A DNA stretch of 28,205 nucleotides, from the NCBI RefSeq assembly GCF_004010195.1, contig NC_057718.1, forward strand, positions 78,728,935 to 78,757,139, in the 5' to 3' direction. A program made the position numbers and the translations under genes. Position 1 is the first letter of the stretch, and every line of letters begins with the position of its first letter. This stretch comes from Chiloscyllium plagiosum. Taxonomy: Eukaryota. Shown here piece by piece: positions 22,683 to 28,205 of the stretch. Under the pieces are notes generated by a model. That model searched no databases and was not told the origin of the DNA. It saw only the letters and a list, made by a program, of their open reading frames with translations.

Positions 22683-23289
22683 CTTGGTCCAAAATATCAC
22701 CCCGGCAAGTGTGGTTTAGATTGGCCCATGGATCTGAGAGGAATTTCCCAACAGACACGCAGACAGACTGTTCTTTTTTATGCTGAAAAGATTTGTAACG
22801 AAGAATGAGTGTGAGAAAGAAAAGAATATGCAGTGCATGTAGCAAATATAGTGAATGTTAATAAATTTATGCAAATGATGATTCCAAACTGTTTGTTGTT
22901 TGATTTATTAAGTCAAATTTTGTAATTGTATATTTCAGTTCATTCAATTTTAAAAATAATTCAAATGAAAAGAGGGCAATGAACTTAAAAAGACTTTCAA
23001 ATAAACCTTCAATTGCTACGGAAGAGTTAGATATTGTCCTGTTGTTTCTAATTAGAAAGTTAGTGAATGTCATGTTGACCATAGACAGAGATATATTTAG
23101 ACACTGGTGAGCCCTACCAAGGCTGGGGTGCATCATCACCTGGAAAATGATATTTTGATTTAATAAATTTCTCTTGTATTTCTATAAGTTTCCATTAACT
23201 GCAAGATGGTGTTTCTGTTACAGTACCATACAAATGGTTGTTTAAGCCTTTGAAGTTTATTTCAAAAAAGATTAGACCCAATAACAACA

Positions 23290-23440
23290 ATCAGGTTATG
23301 CGATGTGATTACTGAATGAACAAATCCCAATGAAGACCTTCTATGGGAAAATGTCACTTGGGAACCCACTTTATGGTGGTAAGCAAATAAAGTCTAACGG
23401 CTGTTTAAAAGCAACTTCAAAACAATGTAAAATAGAGTTG
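23290..23440 (+). mobile_element. Old RTE-clade LINE C-terminal relic
   Basis: From 23324 reads IPMKTFYGKMSLGNPLYGGKQIKSNGCLKATSKQCKIE, resembling the RTE motif LPK.IFYGEL..GKR..GG.KKR.KD.LK.SLK.C.ID. Confidence 0.6.
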
Positions 23441-23882
23441 GGTGTAATGGGTACAAATATAAGGTAACAAAATATCCAAGAAGCTAATTCTTACCATAAT
23501 GCCTGTGGTATATTGCTGACACTGAAGATAAAAGTGAAAACTTCCAATTGAAAAATGAACATGCCCAACCTTGCATATTCTGAATGCACAGTGGAAGATA
23601 ATTCCCAGTAAAATAGGTCTTGTCAACAGCCAGAGAGTTCACTGCAAACTACAAGATGTGTTCTAGATGCCATTTTTAATGTCAAAGGAGAAATATTTGC
23701 TGCAAAGTAAAAAAAACTCAGAAGCTGTATAAAACCTTTTCTTTTAAAAACTCAATGACAATTTAAACACTTACTTTGTTGGATGAATAACAAAAATAAC
23801 ATTTGGAATCTTATCTCAGGTAAAATAATTTCTGAGTTAATTTTGCAATGTCTTTCTGATTGCCAATAAGATTAACTATTCA

Positions 23883-24241
23883 CAGTATAGTAGCTGTGTG
23901 GTTAACACTGCTACCTCACACTGTCAAAGACCCAGATTCAGTTCCACCCTTGGGTTACTGTCTGTGTTGCGTTTGCACATTCTCCCCGTGTCTGTTTGGG
24001 TTTGCTCCACTTTCCTCCCACAGTCCAAAGATGTGCAGGTTAGTTGGATTGGCCATGCAAAATGGCCCTGGGTTGTGCAGACTAGGTGGATTGACCTTGG
24101 GAAATGCAGAATTTTAGGGATGGGGTGGGATGCTCTTGGGGGGGGGGGCGCGGAATGGGGATGGGGGGATGTGGGGATGTGGTGTTTCAGTGTTCACTTG
24201 ATAGTATGAATGACCTGCTTCAACATTGTAGGGAATCTATG
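23883..24241 (+). mobile_element. Diverged HE1-type V-SINE
   Basis: tggttaacactgctacctcacac head, tttgcacattctccccgtgtctg V-domain, tgtagggaatctatg tail. Confidence 0.85.
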
Positions 24242-24794
24242 CTTCAAGAAGGACTCTGATTGTTAGCCAGCATCAGCCACCATTTATGAGAAACAAAAAA
24301 GAATCATTGCACTGGCATGTTAAAATTAAAAACAATCCTATTAGAACAACCATATCTTTATTTACTATTTCATAAAGGAAAGGATACAAAGGGAGAACTA
24401 ATTATATATTTAGTTGTGTACCTAAAGTATTTATCCAACTAAAATAGTATTTATTTTCCAGAAACCAATCACTAAGATCCATGTACTTGCTATTATACCA
24501 TCTGTACAATATCCATGTGATAGTATTCAATCAATCCTGAGTCCCACAGATTGTAACTGAAGTTAAATAGCTGCCAATATGAACCATAGATGCACTGCCA
24601 TTGCCTCTTTTACTGAGTAAAAAAATCATCTTATTTCAATACCTGAAAGACATTTCTTGCTAAACCTATTGAAAACATTGAAAGGTGTTTCAGTGTTCAC
24701 TGCCCACTCTGAAGGCCTTTACTTTTACATGGAATTTTTAATTTTGAGTAGAATTAGCAACCTTGTTACTATCATAAATGTGACAATATAACAC

Positions 24795-25860
24795 AGGCCT
24801 GAATTTTACTGGATGACGATGTCAAAGGGAATATATGCGCTCCATTCACATACAGGTGGATGGTGGGCAGCAGGAATTCTTCTAAATATTTACAAAGAAG
24901 AGCCCATTAAATGCTGGCAGGGAAAGGGTCAGCCAATCTAGGGTAGCGGGAGAGTTACATAGGTGGCCACCTGCTGTGGCAGACCAGTTTTAAAGATAAA
25001 AGTGCAGCATTCAGCCAGGCAAAAAGGCTTCCCGACCACTGCAACAGCAGATGAGAAATGGAATGAGGCAATTTAACACTCAAAAGCTCAGAGGATCCAC
25101 TGCAATCTCAGGATACTGCATCATTTTATTCCACTGCAGCCTCTACCCAACTCAGATGCGCTGTCAGTAGATACCTTAGTTGCATGTGTAGAATGGGTTA
25201 CACAATCTGATGAGCACCACACAGGATGAGATAACACAAAGAGAGAGACAACTGTCGCTACTTCACCTCGAAGTGAAGCATCATTTTATGCAGATGCTGA
25301 GCACGAGGTGTCATCAGCAAAAGAGCAGATGATTCCTTGGCAATGTGAAGTGTGGGAACATCTGTAAAAATGTCCAAAGGCATTGCAGTTTCTATGTGGA
25401 AATGATAGAGAAATCCATCGACATCTTGAATAATGCAAAGTTAAAAATCACACAACACAAAAGGCTTAACAGACAATCAATTCTTCAATGTATAATTTCA
25501 GTTACATCACACTGCAAAGTTTTGCTATAAATTCTGTGTTACGATCTAGCCCTACTATAACCTGGTGTGTGTGATTTTTAACTTTGTACACCCCAGTCCA
25601 ACACCGGCATCTCCGAATATTGAATAATGCAATTTCACTAGCATGTATATGCATGGTTTCCACCACTGAGGATTCATGATGATACCAAAGCTGATCTGGT
25701 GAACAAGGTAACCCTTGTTCAGATATAGATATCCCCAAATATGCTGGACCTTAGCAGATCTGAGGCACCTAGACAATGCAGCACATTTCCATCTAATGCA
25801 CTAGAACAGGAATGTTTGCATCTGTTCATACATCACCTCCATGCACCAGAAACACCTCAT
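24795..25860. mobile_element. Degraded Harbinger/PIF-type DNA transposon (Myb-like tail on +, HARBI1-like nuclease relic on -)
   Basis: TIR-like aggcctgaattttac at 24795. Plus strand 25290-25419 reads ADAEHEVSSAKEQMIPWQCEVWEHL..MIEKSI. Minus strand about 25771-25667 reads VPQIC*GPAYL/GYLYLNKGYL..IMNPQ, resembling HARBI1-type GWLLGDKGYPL..WLMTP.RNP. Confidence 0.5.
25439..25619. mobile_element. 181-bp non-autonomous insertion (Penelope-like terminal sequences) with a 13-bp TSD and a 19-bp inverted repeat
   Basis: ttgaataatgcaa occurs at 25426-25438 and 25620-25632. caaagttaaaaatcacaca (25436-25454) is the exact reverse complement of 25568-25586. Family assignment from recall. Confidence 0.75.
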
Positions 25861-26001
25861 AGAAACAACTATAAGTAAACATGTAAAACATAGACCAGCA
25901 CTTGAGGCTTCACTGGGTGATCCTTTCTTAACGTCAAGGGAATTTAATGTTTTACAACAGTTAAATGTCTTGACATTAAGAATATAATCTCTCATTTATT
26001 T

Positions 26002-26333
26002 GGGTAGCGTGGTGGCTCAGTGGTTAGCACTGCTGCCTCACAGAACCAGGGACCCAGGTTTGATTCCAGCCTCGGGTGACTGTCTGTGTGGAGTTTGCAC
26101 ATTCTCCCCGTGTCTGCATGGGTTTCCTCTGGGGGCTCCGGTTTCCTTCCACAATTCAAAGATGTGCAGGTCAGGTGAATTGGCCATGCTAAATTGCCCG
26201 TAGGGTTTAGGGATGAGTAGGTTAGGTGTATTAGTCAGAGGTAAATGTAGAGTAATGGGATAGAGGGAATGGATCTGGGTGGGATACTCTTTGGAGGGTA
26301 GACGTGGATTTGTTGGGTCTAATGGCCTATTTC
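26002..26333 (+). mobile_element. HE1-type V-SINE
   Basis: A-box tggctcagtgg, B-box-like ggtttgattcc, V-domain, CR1-like tail. Confidence 0.92.
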
Positions 26334-27012
26334 TTTTTGTACAACAGTCGACTGGCTATAGAACCATATGGCACAGCTCCACTAACATCTCCCCTAGAGA
26401 GACACAGTGTTCAAAGACATTGGCGCTCAGATATTTCAATGAAGCTGAACCTCTGACAGTACATCCTTTGTACTGGGTACTGCTTTTTGTGACCAAGAGA
26501 TTGCCCACTTGCCCAAATCTGCTGCTTTGAACTCTCCTTGTCCAAATCTGATGGCTTCCTCAATTCACTGGAGCTCTCCTAACTGTCATTCAATGTGGCT
26601 ATAGACCCATCTCTGCATCACTCTTCTCCTCAGTAGATGATCAACATCTAAATGCACTGAGCTCCTAGATAGATCAAGCTTCTCCAGAATCCTGTCCTGC
26701 CTCCAGTGATCTCTGTGGACCTGGGGGATATGTTTTCATAAGCAGCAATGCAGGGTCTCAAAACTTGGCAGTATTACTTCTTGACAATCCAGGCAGCTTC
26801 ATATTCACAGTTCACACTACAATTCAGCTGCCTTTGAAATCTCATCTCATTTGAGTAGGTGGATCTGTGAACCTTTGTGCATCTCTTGCACCACTGGTAA
26901 AATAAGATAAGGTATCCTGCCTCTCAAACAGTGACCAGCCATAATGTGGTGTCAGTGACAGTTTCAAAGTTCTCCAAATTAAATCAAAACCACATCTGTA
27001 ACTGTGAAAGAA

Positions 27013-27018
27013 TTTAAT
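27013..27018 (-). promoter_or_regulatory. Candidate polyadenylation signal (ATTAAA) for the protease-like gene
   Basis: About 70 nt after the TAA, followed on the minus strand by a GT/T-rich stretch (gatgtggttttgattt). Confidence 0.45.
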
Positions 27019-27088
27019 AATTCACATTTGGAATTTTACATTCTGAATGACAGGAAACATTTGATTGTTGTACTGAGTTATTCCTTTG

Positions 27089-27247
27089 TTAACCATGCCG
27101 TATGGTGTTTTCAATCCAGTCAACAAAAAATGAAACACGGACGTAAACTCCTGGCTTTGTTCGACCTGCACAACCCCGAGACATTACTCCTTGAAGAATA
27201 TATTGGTTTCTGGAGTTTGGACATACCAAAGGGCCTCCAGTGTCACC
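27089..27247 (-). CDS. Terminal coding exon of a plasminogen-like S1A (trypsin-fold) protease-domain gene; catalytic Ser replaced by Thr
   Basis: Acceptor tcttttattttag| at 27248-27249 (phase 0), then 52 uninterrupted codons [52 protein letters not shown] (TAA 27089-27091). Colinear with the plasminogen last exon [47 protein letters not shown]. Confidence 0.92.
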   Translation of the reverse strand, partial: GDTGGPLVCPNSRNQYILQGVMSRGCAGRTKPGVYVRVSFFVDWIENTIRHG

Positions 27248-27464
27248 CTAAAATAAAAGACCATCGTCAAGGAATCAAGCGATAATAATGAAACCAACTT
27301 GCTTTAAACCCATTAAGTAGCACTCATATCAGATAAATGGTTGACAGGTTTTTGAGTACTGTAACTTTGAGATCACTTGTTTTGGAATTAAATAAAAACT
27401 TAGCTTTTCACTTAAGTACTTATTTTAATTACAAATAAGTCATTTAGTAATATAGAACTTAAGC

Positions 27465-27815
27465 AATTCTGAAAAACAAATTATACCAAAAACCAGTTAG
27501 GATTATCAGTAAGGCTCATGTTTTGGCACTCTTGTGTGCACAGGAAGATGCATTTATTAAAACACAGGCCAATGTTCTTGACAGAGAGCAATAAAATATT
27601 CACATACTGCCACCATTTCAACTCAGCATAATCAGATGACAGCCATTCATTGGGTCATTTCGCAGTCCGACTCAATCTGCCTGTTTTGAAATTAAACAAA
27701 GCCTGGCAAATAACTGTCAATAATCATAAACTAATGCATTCTCCATGGCAATGTCTCTGCCAATTAAATTTCACTTACTAAACAATCAAAACTTTCCTCA
27801 TGTATTATTAATATT
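27465..27815 (+). mobile_element. Old Penelope-like element 3' relic
   Basis: From 27502 reads IISKAHVLALLCAQEDAFIKTQANVLDREQ*, resembling the GIY-YIG C-terminal F.II..A.....L..LEA.YI....P.L.RQ, followed by a cattctccatggcaa terminal motif. Confidence 0.55.
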
Positions 27816-27816
27816 T

Positions 27817-28205
27817 AAAGTTTGTGAGAAGATTTGTAGCTCGGGTGCTCGTGGTTGTGGTTCTGTTCACTGAGCTGGGAATTTGTGTTGCAGACGTTTC
27901 GTCCCCTGTCTAGGTGACATCCTCAGTGCTTGGGAGCCTCCTGTGAAGCGCTTCTGTGATCTTTCCTCCGGCATTTATAGTGGTTTGTCTCTGCCGCTTC
28001 CGGTTGTCAGTTCCAGCTGTCCACTGCAGTGGTCGGTATATTGGGTCCAGGTCGATGTGCTTATTGACTGAATCTGTGGATGAGTGCCATGCCTCTCGGA
28101 ATTCCCTGGCTGTTCTCTGTTTGGCTTGTCCTATAATAGTAGTGTTGTCCCAGTCGAACTCATGTTGCTTGTCATCTGCGTGTGTGGCTACTAAGGATAG
28201 CTGGT
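27817..28205 (-). mobile_element. Penelope-like element 3' end (GIY-YIG C-terminus plus pseudo-LTR); continues off the right edge
   Basis: 28203->27910 is open: QLSLVATHADDKQHEFDWDNTTIIGQAKQRTAREFREAWHSSTDSVNKHIDLDPIYRPL...PSTEDVT*. The H.FDW....I.....R..RE..EAW....S.N motif marks the PLE endonuclease. Confidence 0.9.
27890..27929 (-). ncRNA. Minimal type I hammerhead ribozyme motif of the Penelope-like element
   Basis: GCA-CUGAGGA-U-GUCACCU-AGAC-AGGGGAC-GAAAC-GUC-UGC: CUGANGA and GAAA cores, stem II, GUC cleavage triplet, short GCA/UGC stem I. Confidence 0.8.

Noticed and set aside
26340..27000. Possible further exons or a transposon relic
   Set aside because: No motif or splice pattern I could support by eye.
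27089..27247. Calling the exon HGF, MST1 or canonical PLG
   Set aside because: HGF and MST1 have GDYGGP and different downstream motifs, while canonical PLG has GDSGGP and SWG. Orthology cannot be set from one exon, so no symbol is given.
27004..27285. 93-aa plus-strand ORF
   Set aside because: Antisense shadow of the protease exon, with no recognisable motif.

Overview
Repeat-dense eukaryotic genomic DNA, most likely from a shark or other elasmobranch (HE1/V-SINEs, HER1-type CR1 LINEs), with one assembly gap (3552-3836). Positions 1-5463 hold a nested minus-strand complex. It has a young but disabled Tx1-clade LINE (ORF1 plus ORF2 endonuclease) whose 5' ~1 kb recurs across the gap. Upstream of that sit the 3' tip of another Tx1 and half of a probable LTR. 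The middle is a mosaic of CR1 LINEs (some nested), three HE1 SINEs, and relics of Tigger/pogo, Harbinger, Gypsy, RTE and Penelope-like elements. The only well-supported host coding sequence, missed by the ORF track, is a minus-strand terminal exon (27089-27247) of a plasminogen-like S1 protease domain. Its catalytic motif reads GDTGGP instead of GDSGGP and its 214-220 loop is altered, so it is a candidate pseudo-protease. The intron upstream of that exon carries a sense-oriented Penelope 3' end with a minimal hammerhead ribozyme. All family calls come from hand translation and motif recognition; no database search was run.
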